Assembly (NCBI GenBank): GCA_009843915.1
Contig: VYCM01000146.1
Location: forward strand, 31,332 to 95,331
Reading direction: 5' to 3'
DNA length: 64,000 bases
Source of the DNA: Acidimicrobiaceae bacterium
GTDB lineage: Bacteria > Actinomycetota > Acidimicrobiia > Acidimicrobiales > Aldehydirespiratoraceae
Shown: positions 38,156 through 47,325 of the stretch, piece by piece
Layout of the letters: every line of letters starts with the position of its first letter
How positions within the stretch are numbered: position 1 is the first letter of the stretch
Notes under the pieces: generated by a model
The model's input: the letters and a program-made list of their open reading frames with translations, nothing else
Database searches by the model: none
What the model was told of the DNA's origin: nothing
Program-made: the position numbers and the translations under genes

Positions 38156-40999
38156 TTGGCCGTCATGCCCGTGCCGGATGGCGACACACCCCCGCACCGT
38201 TACGACGCGGCCCTCGCGGCCGACATCGAGAGTCGCTGGCAGGACCATTGGGAAGCGAGCGGTGCCTATGAGACGCCCAACCCGGCCGGGGCGCTCTCGA
38301 CGGGCCGTGGCTCGTCCGGCCCCAAGCTGTTTGTGATGGACATGTTCCCGTACCCGTCGGGGTCGGGACTGCACGTCGGCCATCCGCTGGGCTACATAGC
38401 CACCGACGTGTACGTCCGCTTCAAGCGGATGGCCGGATTCAGCGTGCTGTACACGATGGGTTTCGACGCCTTCGGGCTGCCGGCGGAAGAGCATGCCCGC
38501 CAGACCGGCCAGCACCCCCGGATCAACACTGAGGCCAACATCGACAACATGCGCCGCCAGCTCGACCGGCTCGGTCTGGGCCACGACAAGCGGCGGGGCG
38601 TCGCTACGACCGACATCGACTACTACCGCTGGACCCAGTGGATCTTCCTGCAGATCTTCAACTCATGGTTCGACCCCGGCGAGCGTCGGGCCCGGCCCAT
38701 CGCCGAGCTGGTCGACGAATTCTCCTCCGGCCGGAGGCCGGTGCCCGACGGCCGAGCCTGGGAAGAGCTCAGCGAGGCCGAACAGCGAGAGGTTGTGGAC
38801 TCCCATCGCCTGGCCTACGTGGCCGACGCCCCGGTCAACTGGTGCCCGGCGCTGGGCACCGTGCTGTCCAACGAGGAGGTCACCAACGAGGGCCGCTCCG
38901 AGCGAGGCAACCACGAGGTGTTCGAGCGCCCGCTCAAGCAGTGGATGATGCGCATCACCGCCTACGCCGACCGCCTGCTGGAGGACCTCGACCGCCTCGA
39001 CTGGCCCGAGTCGGTCAAGACCATGCAGCGCAACTGGATCGGCCGCTCCGAGGGCGCCCTGATCTCGTTCCCCGCCTCCACCGCGCCGGACGGACCGGTG
39101 AGCGACATCGAGGTGTTCACCACCCGGCCCGACACCCTCTTCGGCACCACCTACATGGTGCTGGCGCCGGAGCATCCGCTGGTGGAGGAACTGACCGCCG
39201 ACGCCTGGCCCTCGGGCACCCCCGACTCCTGGACCGGCGGCGCAGCCACACCCTCGGAGGCGGTGGCCGCCTACCGGGCCCGCGCCTCCGAGATGAGCGA
39301 CGCCGACCGCAGCGACTCCAAGACCGGGATCTTCGTGGGCGCCCATGCCACGGTTCCGTTCACCGAGAGTGAGATGGTCCCGGTGTTCGTGGCTGACTAC
39401 GTGCTGATGGGGTACGGCACCGGAGCGGTGATGGGCGTGCCCGGCGAGGACCAGCGCGACCGCGAGTTCGCCGAAGCCTTCGGCTTGCCGGTCGTCCGCA
39501 CGGTTCAGCCTCCGCTCGACCATCCCGAGGATCTGGCCTACGCGGGCGAAGGTCCCTCCATCAACTCCCGGTTCCTGGATGGGCTCGATGTCGAAGCATC
39601 CAAGGCTTTGATCCTGGACAGGCTTCAGGAGGCCGGCCGGGGGAGTCCCAAGGTCAACTACAGGCTGCGGGACTGGAACTTCAGCCGGCAGCGGTACTGG
39701 GGTGAGCCCATTCCCATCGTGTTCGACGAGTACGGACCGGTCGCTCTGCCCGAGGACATGCTGCCGCTGGAGCTACCCGAGCTGACCGACTGGGCGCCCC
39801 GGGCACTGGCCCGGGACTCCGAGCCGGAGCCGCCCCTGGGCCGGGTGACGGATTGGGTCAACGTCGAGCTGGACCTCCACCGTGGCGACGGGCCGCGCCC
39901 CTACCGGCGCGAGCTCAACACGATGCCCCAGTGGGCCGGCTCCTGCTGGTACTACCTGCGCTACCTGGACCCCCGCAACGACGATCACTTGGTGGATCCC
40001 GATGTCGAGCGCTACTGGATGGCCGACCCCGAACCCGACGGCGTGGGCGGGGTGGACCTGTACGTGGGCGGGGTCGAGCACGCGGTGCTGCACCTGCTGT
40101 ACGCCCGCTTCTGGCACAAGGTGCTCTACGACCTCGGCCATGTGAGCGGGCCGGAGCCGTTCAAGCGCCTCATCAACCAGGGCTACATCCAGGCCTATGC
40201 CTTCAAGGACGATCGCGGTGTTTACGTTCCCGCGGAGGAAGTGGGGGGCTCTCCGCAGAGGGGCTTCCTCCACGACGGGCAGCCGGTCTCGCGAGAGCTG
40301 GGCAAGATGGGCAAGTCGCTCAAGAACTCGGTCACCCCCGACGACATGTACGCCTCCTACGGGGCCGACACCCTGCGCCTCTACGAGATGTTCATGGGGC
40401 CCATCGACCAGGACCGACCCTGGGAGACACGATCCGTGGTGGGCTCCCAGCGAGTGCTGCAACGGGTGTGGCGCAACGTGGTCGACGAGGAGACCGGCGA
40501 GTTGCGGGTCAGCGACGAACTGCCGGACGACGATCTGCTCAGGTTGCTGCACCGAACCATCGACGGCGTCCGCTCCGATATGGAGGGCATGCGTTTCAAT
40601 ACCGCCATCGCCAAGTTGACCGAGCTCAACAACGAGCTCACCCGCCGGGGCGCGGGCGCACCCCGCGAGGTGGCCGCGGTGATGGTGCGGATGCTGGCCC
40701 CGCTAGTGCCGCACTTCGCGGAGGAGCTGTGGCACCGCCTGCACGGCGGGGGCGCCGACTCCGTGATGCGAGCCGAGTTCCCCGCAGCCGATCCGGCCCT
40801 GTTGGTGGAGGACATCATCGAAGTGCCTGTGCAGGTCAACGGCAAGGTGCGGGGCCGGGTCAGTATCGCGGCCGACGCCGACGAGGGCACCGCGGTGAGC
40901 GCCGCGCTAGCCGAGCCCAACGTGGCCGCCCACGTGGGCGGCCGCGAGCTGCGCAAGCAGCTCTATGTGCCCGGCCGCATGATCACCCTGGTGGTGTGA
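38156..40999 (+). CDS. leuS: Leucine--tRNA ligase
   Basis: [17 protein letters not shown] (HIGH), KMGKSLKN (KMSKS), and an editing domain. 947 aa. A probable alternative start is ATG 38165. Confidence 0.95.
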   Translation: MAVMPVPDGDTPPHRYDAALAADIESRWQDHWEASGAYETPNPAGALSTGRGSSGPKLFVMDMFPYPSGSGLHVGHPLGYIATDVYVRFKRMAGFSVLYTMGFDAFGLPAEEHARQTGQHPRINTEANIDNMRRQLDRLGLGHDKRRGVATTDIDYYRWTQWIFLQIFNSWFDPGERRARPIAELVDEFSSGRRPVPDGRAWEELSEAEQREVVDSHRLAYVADAPVNWCPALGTVLSNEEVTNEGRSERGNHEVFERPLKQWMMRITAYADRLLEDLDRLDWPESVKTMQRNWIGRSEGALISFPASTAPDGPVSDIEVFTTRPDTLFGTTYMVLAPEHPLVEELTADAWPSGTPDSWTGGAATPSEAVAAYRARASEMSDADRSDSKTGIFVGAHATVPFTESEMVPVFVADYVLMGYGTGAVMGVPGEDQRDREFAEAFGLPVVRTVQPPLDHPEDLAYAGEGPSINSRFLDGLDVEASKALILDRLQEAGRGSPKVNYRLRDWNFSRQRYWGEPIPIVFDEYGPVALPEDMLPLELPELTDWAPRALARDSEPEPPLGRVTDWVNVELDLHRGDGPRPYRRELNTMPQWAGSCWYYLRYLDPRNDDHLVDPDVERYWMADPEPDGVGGVDLYVGGVEHAVLHLLYARFWHKVLYDLGHVSGPEPFKRLINQGYIQAYAFKDDRGVYVPAEEVGGSPQRGFLHDGQPVSRELGKMGKSLKNSVTPDDMYASYGADTLRLYEMFMGPIDQDRPWETRSVVGSQRVLQRVWRNVVDEETGELRVSDELPDDDLLRLLHRTIDGVRSDMEGMRFNTAIAKLTELNNELTRRGAGAPREVAAVMVRMLAPLVPHFAEELWHRLHGGGADSVMRAEFPAADPALLVEDIIEVPVQVNGKVRGRVSIAADADEGTAVSAALAEPNVAAHVGGRELRKQLYVPGRMITLVV

Positions 41000-42189
41000 G
41001 CGGCCGCCGGCTCTCGATCTCTCAAGCCCGCCGGATAGCGCTGGCGGCTCAGGGCTTCACCGACCCGGCGCCGGCAGGGCGAGTGGACCGCCGCCATCTG
41101 CGCCGGGTGATGGGCCGGGTCAAGCTGCTGCAGCTCGACTCGGTGCCGGTGGTCATCCGGACGCAGTACCTCCCGCCGTTCTCCCGGCTGGGCTGCTACG
41201 AGGCATCCCTGCTCGACCGGATCGCCTACCGCGACGACGAGTGGTTCGAGGCATGGGCCCACGAGGCTTCGCTGCTGCCGGTGGAGGACGAGCCGCTGCT
41301 GCGCTGGCAGAAGCGGAGGGCCGAGCAGGGCGAGACCTGGAGCAATCTGGTGGAGCTGGCCCGGCGCGAATCCGGCTACGTGGTCGAGGTGCTGGCCCAA
41401 GTGGAGGAGCGCCCGCTGACCGCCGGCGAACTGGCCGATCCCCGGCGCCGCTCCGGCGAATGGTGGGGGAGCCGGTCGCTCGGGTCCATCGCACTGGACT
41501 GGCTGTTCCGGATCGGCGCGGTCGGGATCCGGCGCCGGGGCAACTTCACCAAGGAGTTCGACCTGCTGGAGCGGATCGTGCCGGCGGAGGTGCTGGCCCA
41601 GCCGACGCCCACCGCCGAAGAGGCCCAGCGTGAGCTGCTGGTTCGCTCCGGCGCGGCCCTCGGGATGGGAACGGCCACCGATCTCATTGACTACTACCGG
41701 CTCCCCGTGCGGGAGGGCCGGACCAGGCTGCATGAGGTTGTCGAGGCGGGAGGGCTCCTCACCGTGGAGGTCGAGGGCTGGTCCGAGCCCGCCTACCTGC
41801 ACCCCGCAGCGAGGCTCCCGAGGTCGGTGGGTGCCTTGACGGTGCTGTCGCCGTTCGATCCGATTGTGTGGAACCGGTCCCGGGCGGCCCGGCTGTGGGG
41901 CTTCGACTACCGGATCGAGATCTACGTCCCCGCGTCCAAGCGGGTCTACGGCTACTACGTGCTGCCGGTTCTGGACGGCGAGCGCTTGGTGGCCCGCCTC
42001 GACCTCAAGACCGACCGGGCCGCCGGTGCGCTGTGCGTGCTGGGCGCCTTCGCCGAGCCGGGCGTGGACCATGGCGCACTGGCCGAGCGGCTCCGGCCGC
42101 ACCTGATCGAGCTGGCCCGCTTCGTGGGAGTCGGCGACGTCCGCTACGGCTCCCGTGGCGACCTCATGACCGCACTGGATCCCGGCTAG
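40996..42189 (+). CDS. Winged-helix DNA glycosylase-like protein (YcaQ/AlkZ, DUF1006 family)
   Basis: GTG 40996 overlaps the leuS stop (GTGA). [25 protein letters not shown] and [17 protein letters not shown] blocks resemble YcaQ-family proteins. The upstream part of the 778-aa track ORF is a shadow of leuS. Confidence 0.65.
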   Translation: MSGRRLSISQARRIALAAQGFTDPAPAGRVDRRHLRRVMGRVKLLQLDSVPVVIRTQYLPPFSRLGCYEASLLDRIAYRDDEWFEAWAHEASLLPVEDEPLLRWQKRRAEQGETWSNLVELARRESGYVVEVLAQVEERPLTAGELADPRRRSGEWWGSRSLGSIALDWLFRIGAVGIRRRGNFTKEFDLLERIVPAEVLAQPTPTAEEAQRELLVRSGAALGMGTATDLIDYYRLPVREGRTRLHEVVEAGGLLTVEVEGWSEPAYLHPAARLPRSVGALTVLSPFDPIVWNRSRAARLWGFDYRIEIYVPASKRVYGYYVLPVLDGERLVARLDLKTDRAAGALCVLGAFAEPGVDHGALAERLRPHLIELARFVGVGDVRYGSRGDLMTALDPG

Positions 42190-42200
42190 CGTCTGAAGCG

Positions 42201-42536
42201 GTGAGCCTTGCCGTCGAACCGCAGGACTTGGCCTCGGTTGCCGCCGAGCACGGGCCGACAGCTTTCGTGCTGACGGTGGGTGACGACGGGCGAACCCGGA
42301 TCATCCACGTGAAGGTCGACATCGACGGCCGGGGCGTGATCCGGGCGGTGGTCGGCCGGGGCGCGGCGGCAAACGCGGTCGCCCGGCCCGACGTGGTCGT
42401 GCTGTGGTCGCCGGCCGCCGACGGTTTCAGCCTCATTGCCGACGGGGTCGCCTCGGTGGACGGCGAGCCGAGGCCCGCCACGCCGATCACGATCGAGGTC
42501 TTCTCCGCGGTCAGGCACCGTCCCGCCCCCGTCTGA
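42201..42536 (+). CDS. Small hypothetical protein (possibly pyridoxamine-5'-phosphate-oxidase-like split-barrel)
   Basis: GTG 42201, 111 aa. The family guess is weak and comes from the overall beta-rich pattern only. Confidence 0.35.
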   Translation: MSLAVEPQDLASVAAEHGPTAFVLTVGDDGRTRIIHVKVDIDGRGVIRAVVGRGAAANAVARPDVVVLWSPAADGFSLIADGVASVDGEPRPATPITIEVFSAVRHRPAPV

Positions 42537-42547
42537 GAGCGGAGCTC

Positions 42548-43048
42548 GTGTCGTTCCTGATCCGGCGTCCGGCGGCGCGCTGCGTGCTGCTCGACAACGC
42601 CCGCCGGGTGTTCCTGATCCGATCCGAAGATCCGATCGACCCTCACAAGCCGGAGTGGCTCGAGATACCGGGCGGAGGCGTCGGCTACGGCGAGGACTCG
42701 GCCGCGGCTTGCCGGCGCGAGCTGTACGAGGAGACCGGCATCACCGATGTGGAGATGGGGCCGTGCGTATGGACCCAGTACGTGGAGTACACGTTCTGCG
42801 GCATGCGCTTCGAGTCCCACGAGCGGATCCACGTGGCTTGGTGTGACGGCGGTGAATACCGCCCCCGCGGTCTCGAAGCGCTCGAGGCGGCCGCCTTCAT
42901 CGAGGCGGGCTGGTGGACGCTCGATGAGCTGCTGGCCAACAACGAGCCCACGGTTCCCGCTCGCCTGAGGGAGTTCCTCCCGGCGGTAGTGGCCGGCGAC
43001 CTGGGCGATCCGCCGATCGACATCTCGCCCGATCTGCCGGCGGTCTAG
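42548..43048 (+). CDS. NUDIX hydrolase
   Basis: Nudix box GGGVGYGEDSAAACRRELYEETGI. GTG 42548 has GGAG 4 nt upstream. Confidence 0.8.
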   Translation: MSFLIRRPAARCVLLDNARRVFLIRSEDPIDPHKPEWLEIPGGGVGYGEDSAAACRRELYEETGITDVEMGPCVWTQYVEYTFCGMRFESHERIHVAWCDGGEYRPRGLEALEAAAFIEAGWWTLDELLANNEPTVPARLREFLPAVVAGDLGDPPIDISPDLPAV

Positions 43049-43063
43049 GCGCCGCGCCAGCGG

Positions 43064-43324
43064 CTACCAGTCGTCGTCGCGGTCGGCCCGGTCGGCTGCG
43101 CTGACGCCGTAGCCGATGATTATCGACGGCAACAGCACGAGGGATCCGGCCACCAGAGTGACCGCGGCGATCGTGGCCGGCGCGGTGGTGAAGCCGGTCA
43201 CGAAGCCGGCGACGAACGCAGCTAGGGACACGCCGTACAGCGAATAGCCCAATCGCCGTCCCGACCGGGCCAAGCGGGCCAGGCGCTGTCTCCGCTCGAG
43301 GACCGGGTCGTCGGATCCCGTCAT
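43064..43324 (-). CDS. Small membrane protein (two predicted TM helices), hypothetical
   Basis: 86 aa. Two hydrophobic stretches (LYGVSLAAFVAGFVTGF and IAAVTLVAGSLVLLPSIIIGY). 4-nt overlap with the upstream gene. Confidence 0.45.
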   Translation of the reverse strand: MTGSDDPVLERRQRLARLARSGRRLGYSLYGVSLAAFVAGFVTGFTTAPATIAAVTLVAGSLVLLPSIIIGYGVSAADRADRDDDW

Positions 43325-43989
43325 CGGGCCGTGTCTTCAGCCGAGCCCGACACCGAGTCGTCGCTGGGGTCGTACAGCCAGCAATGGACGCCGCGGTAGC
43401 GGGCCACTTCGTGCTCGAAGTTCGTGCGATTGGGTGTGAACACCCCGATGTCGTACACCGACAACTCGTAGATCTCGCCCACGAAGGCCTCGAACTGCTC
43501 GTAGCACACCCTCAGGGCGAAACCACGCACCGCATCGTCGCCCGGGTAGATGGCAGGGTCGGGAGCGTCCAGATCGAAGGTGTGGTACACCTCGCCCCAG
43601 TGGGGCTCGTCGCAGCCGGTGCGGGCTGTGATCGCCAGCCGCCGACCCGCCTGCAGGCCCTCGAACCGGTTGAAGCAGTCACCCTCGACGAGGCTGTACT
43701 CGCTGATGATCTCGCCGGGAATGTCCAGCGGATCGATCGGTCCCAGTTCGAGGGGACCGCCCGAGCCGCCGCCGGCATCAGCGGCGGTGTCCGGCCTGGC
43801 CCCGCTTCCCCCCTCGAGAGCCGCCACCACATCGGCGGTGTTCGTGGGACCCGATGCAGCCACCGCCGCGGCCGGGTCGGTCACGCCCTCGTTCCCGTCC
43901 TCGGGTCCGCCGCTGCACGCTGCCAACAGCACCGCCGCGGCCACGGCGCCATGAAGCGAGCGCCCGAGGACTCGAGAAGCCAATCCCAT
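43321..43989 (-). CDS. Putative secreted lipoprotein (septum-formation-family-like)
   Basis: Signal peptide plus lipobox (AAAVLLAACSGG) if ATG 43989 is used. Paired Cys residues (CFNRF...CDEPHWGEVY...C...C). The track start 44055 would overlap the divergent gene. Confidence 0.5.
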   Translation of the reverse strand: MGLASRVLGRSLHGAVAAAVLLAACSGGPEDGNEGVTDPAAAVAASGPTNTADVVAALEGGSGARPDTAADAGGGSGGPLELGPIDPLDIPGEIISEYSLVEGDCFNRFEGLQAGRRLAITARTGCDEPHWGEVYHTFDLDAPDPAIYPGDDAVRGFALRVCYEQFEAFVGEIYELSVYDIGVFTPNRTNFEHEVARYRGVHCWLYDPSDDSVSGSAEDTAR

Positions 43990-44030
43990 CGAGCCGGAGA
44001 CTAGGACCTTGGCATCTAGAGTGTGCGCCG

Positions 44031-45212
44031 ATGACAGATCTGGGCTTCGCCGCATTCGACGCCGACAACCACTACTACGAGGCCACCGACGCCTTCACGC
44101 GCCACGTCGACCCGAGGATGCACAAGCGCTGCATGCAGTGGGCGACCGTAGACGGGCGCGAGCGGCTGCTGGTAGCCGGTCGGATCAACCGCTTCATCCC
44201 CAACCCCACCTTCGACCCGGTGGCGAGACCGGGCTGTCTGGACGATTACTTCAGGGGAAAGATCCCGGCCTCCGACATGCGCGAGGCCTTCGGCGAACTC
44301 AGGCCCATCTCGGCGGCCTACCGCGACCGCGACGCCCGCATCGAGTTGCTGGATTCACAAGGTCTGCAGGCGTGCTTCCTGTTCCCAACGCTGGGCGTGG
44401 GCATGGAGGCCGCCCTCGAGCACGACCCGGCCGCTCTCACGGCAGCGTTCGGGGGCTTCAACCGGTGGCTGGCCGACGACTGGGGGTTCGCCTACCGCGA
44501 CCGCCTGTTCGCGGCCGGGTACCTGACGCTGGCCGACCCCGACTGGGCCCTCGACGAGCTCGACTGGCTGATCGCCAACGACGTGCGGGTGGTGAACATG
44601 CGACCGTCGTCGGTGCCCGACACCGCAGGCGGCCGCCGCTCGCTGGGCCACCCCGCCCATGACAAGGTGTGGCAGCGGCTGGACGATCACGGCATCACGG
44701 TGGCCATGCACTCCGGCGACTCCGGCTACGGGTTCCTGCTGGAGCACTGGGGGGTGGACAGCGAGTTCGAGTCGTTCCGCTACAACGCCCTCAAGAGCAT
44801 GCTCACCTACTCGCCGATCTCCGACGCGCTGGCCTCGCTGCTGGCCGAGGGCGTGCTGAGCCGTCACCGGAACCTGCGCGTCGCCACCATCGAGACCGGC
44901 TCGGAATGGGTGTGGCCCTTCGTGAAGAAGCTCACCAAGACCTACCGCCAGCAGAGGCATGCCTTCGACGAGGATCCGCTGGAGGTGTTCCGGCGCCAGG
45001 TATGGATCTCGCCTTACTACGAGGACGACCTGCTCGCGCTGCGGGACCTGATCGGCGCGGACCACGTGCTGTTCGGGTCGGATTTCCCCCACGCCGAGGG
45101 ACTGGCCGATCCCGTGTCATTCGTGCATGACCTCGCCGGGTTCGCCGACGACGAGATCGAGCAGGTCATGCGCACCAACGGCCTGTCGCTCACCCAACGG
45201 GCCGCAGCCTGA
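44031..45212 (+). CDS. Amidohydrolase-2 family protein
   Basis: AFDADNHYYE N-terminal metal motif, and FGSDFPHAEG near the C-terminus. ATG 44031. Confidence 0.75.
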   Translation: MTDLGFAAFDADNHYYEATDAFTRHVDPRMHKRCMQWATVDGRERLLVAGRINRFIPNPTFDPVARPGCLDDYFRGKIPASDMREAFGELRPISAAYRDRDARIELLDSQGLQACFLFPTLGVGMEAALEHDPAALTAAFGGFNRWLADDWGFAYRDRLFAAGYLTLADPDWALDELDWLIANDVRVVNMRPSSVPDTAGGRRSLGHPAHDKVWQRLDDHGITVAMHSGDSGYGFLLEHWGVDSEFESFRYNALKSMLTYSPISDALASLLAEGVLSRHRNLRVATIETGSEWVWPFVKKLTKTYRQQRHAFDEDPLEVFRRQVWISPYYEDDLLALRDLIGADHVLFGSDFPHAEGLADPVSFVHDLAGFADDEIEQVMRTNGLSLTQRAAA

Positions 45213-45238
45213 TCACCGATCGCGGCCCCGTCCAGCCT

Positions 45239-45859
45239 GTGAACGCGGCTGCCCGGGTCGGTGGCGACGGACGGGTTCGGTGCTGGTGGCCGGGTGACGA
45301 CGAGGGCTACATCGCCTATCACGACCGCGAATGGGGCCGCCCGGTAACCGACGACGACCGGCTGTTCGAGAAGCTCTGCCTCGAAGGCTTCCAGGCCGGA
45401 CTGTCCTGGCTGACAATCCTGCGCAAGCGCGGCAACTTCCGGGCCGCATTCAGGGGCTTCGACATATCGGCCGTGGCCGCCTTCGAGCCCGGAGACGTCG
45501 AGCGGCTGCTGGGTGATGCCGGCATCGTGCGCCACCGGGGCAAGATCGCCTCAGCCGTCAACAACGCCGGCAGAGCCCTGGAGGTGATCGAGGACTTCGG
45601 CTCGCTCGCGGCCTACATCTGGGGCTGGGAGCCGGCCCCGGGCGCCGCACCGCCGGCCAGCATGGAGGCGTTGCCCGCGTCCACCCCGGAGTCCGAAGCC
45701 CTGGCCAAGGACCTGAAGCGACGGGGATGGACCTTCGTCGGTCCCACCACCGTCTACGCCTTCATGCAGTCGATGGGCCTGGTCAACGATCACATCGAGG
45801 GCTGCTTCGCCCGCGGGGACTGCGAAGCAGAGCGGGCCGCACTGGCTCGCCCCCAGTAG
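45239..45859 (+). CDS. tag: DNA-3-methyladenine glycosylase I
   Basis: YHDREWGRP, FEKLCLEGFQAGLSW, and RRGWTFVGPTTVYAFMQSMGLVNDH are typical Tag blocks. Confidence 0.85.
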   Translation: MNAAARVGGDGRVRCWWPGDDEGYIAYHDREWGRPVTDDDRLFEKLCLEGFQAGLSWLTILRKRGNFRAAFRGFDISAVAAFEPGDVERLLGDAGIVRHRGKIASAVNNAGRALEVIEDFGSLAAYIWGWEPAPGAAPPASMEALPASTPESEALAKDLKRRGWTFVGPTTVYAFMQSMGLVNDHIEGCFARGDCEAERAALARPQ

Positions 45860-45871
45860 CGGAGGGCCCAA

Positions 45872-47239
45872 CTAATCGGCCACCATCGGGATGGCGGGCA
45901 TGCCCTCCCGGCGCCTCAGCAGGTCCACGGTCCGCTCGTGGATCTCGGTCAGCGCCTCCGACTCGTCCACACCGCAGATCTCGCCGCCGGCGACGCAGGC
46001 CCGGCCCTGAACCCAGACGTCCCGCACGTCGCTGGAACGGCCGGCGAACACGAGGTTCCACAGGATCGGGTCATGTCCCTCCGACAGGGCCACGGGCAGC
46101 AGGTGAGGTTGCCACAGATCGACGGTGATCACATCGGCCTGCTTGCCGACCTCTATCGAGCCGACGGCCTCGCCAATACCGAGCAGCCGAGCGCCGTCGA
46201 TGGTGGCCATCCGCAGCGCTTCGTCGGCACTCACCGCGGTGGCGTCCAAGCGGGCCACCTTCTGAAGCAGCGACCCGATCTTCATGCACTCCCACATGCT
46301 CACCGAGTTGTTGGAGATCCCGCCGTCGGTGCCGAGCCCGACGACAATCCCCTGGTCCCAGAATCTCTCCAGCGGTGCGGTCCCGCCAGCCAGCTTCATG
46401 TTGCTCACCGGGCAGTGGGCCACACCGGTGCCGGTCTCGGCCAGCACCGCGATCTCGGCGTCGTCGACGTACACGCAATGGGCCAGTACCGAGCCGGGCC
46501 GCAGGATCCCGCGCTCGCTGAAGACGTGAACGGGCCGGTCGCCGAAGAGTTCGACCACCACGTCCACCTCCTCGCTCTGCTCGCTGGTGTGGGTGTGGAC
46601 GCTCACCCCGTAGGCGTCGGCCAGCTCGCCCACCCGCTGGAACATCTGCTCCGAGCAGTAGGTGATGTGCTCCAGTCCGAGCCACACCCTGATCCGCCCG
46701 TCGTGGGTGTCGTGGCAGTCCCGTATCAGTTGCTCGCTCGTCTCCAGCGTCTCGAAGAAATGCTTGGTCGGATGGTCGGCCGCGTAGGGCACCAGATTCG
46801 CCCGCATGCCCAGCGCGGCCGCGGCCTCCGCGCCCTTGTGTGGGTACCGGTACATGTCCATGACGGTGGTGGTGCCGCCCTTGAGCGCCTCCATGTAGCT
46901 GACCAGGTACCCGTAGTAGGCATCATCGGGCGTGAGCACCTGGTGCTCCCGCTGGTACTCGGGCAGCCAGTCCATCAACTGGGCGTTCTCGGAGTAGCCC
47001 TTGAGCAGACTGGAGTGGCTGTGGGCGTCGATCAGCCCGGGCAGCACCGCCAGCCGGCCACCGGCGTCGATCACCGTTGCCGAGTCGGGCACCTCGACGC
47101 CGCCGGTCGGCCCTACGGCGGTTATCACGCCGTCGGAGAAGACTACCGAGCCTGGGTTGAAGCTCCTGGAACCGTCGTCACAGCAGTAGACGACGGCGTT
47201 GACGATGGCCGTCTTGGCCCGAGTGTCCTGGTCGTTCAT
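45872..47239 (-). CDS. Amidohydrolase, TRZ/ATZ (chlorohydrolase/aminohydrolase/deaminase) family
   Basis: GLIDAHSHS, HTHTSEQ, AHCVY, HCPVSNMKLAGG, and LGTDGG metal-ligand blocks. ATG 47239 has GGAGGAA 4 nt upstream. Confidence 0.8.
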   Translation of the reverse strand: MNDQDTRAKTAIVNAVVYCCDDGSRSFNPGSVVFSDGVITAVGPTGGVEVPDSATVIDAGGRLAVLPGLIDAHSHSSLLKGYSENAQLMDWLPEYQREHQVLTPDDAYYGYLVSYMEALKGGTTTVMDMYRYPHKGAEAAAALGMRANLVPYAADHPTKHFFETLETSEQLIRDCHDTHDGRIRVWLGLEHITYCSEQMFQRVGELADAYGVSVHTHTSEQSEEVDVVVELFGDRPVHVFSERGILRPGSVLAHCVYVDDAEIAVLAETGTGVAHCPVSNMKLAGGTAPLERFWDQGIVVGLGTDGGISNNSVSMWECMKIGSLLQKVARLDATAVSADEALRMATIDGARLLGIGEAVGSIEVGKQADVITVDLWQPHLLPVALSEGHDPILWNLVFAGRSSDVRDVWVQGRACVAGGEICGVDESEALTEIHERTVDLLRRREGMPAIPMVAD

Positions 47240-47325
47240 GGGTTCCTCCGGAGGCCGAAGGTAGCCGCTGCCAGTTCCGCCATCTGTATGCGCGAGACTG
47301 CCAGCGGCCATTGAGGAGGCAAACC

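Noticed and set aside
39853-40995. N-terminal 381 codons of the 778-aa + strand track ORF that overlaps leuS out of frame.
   Set aside because: This part is Arg/Gly/Pro-rich nonsense overlapping the well-supported leuS frame. Only the portion from GTG 40996 resembles a real (YcaQ-like) protein.
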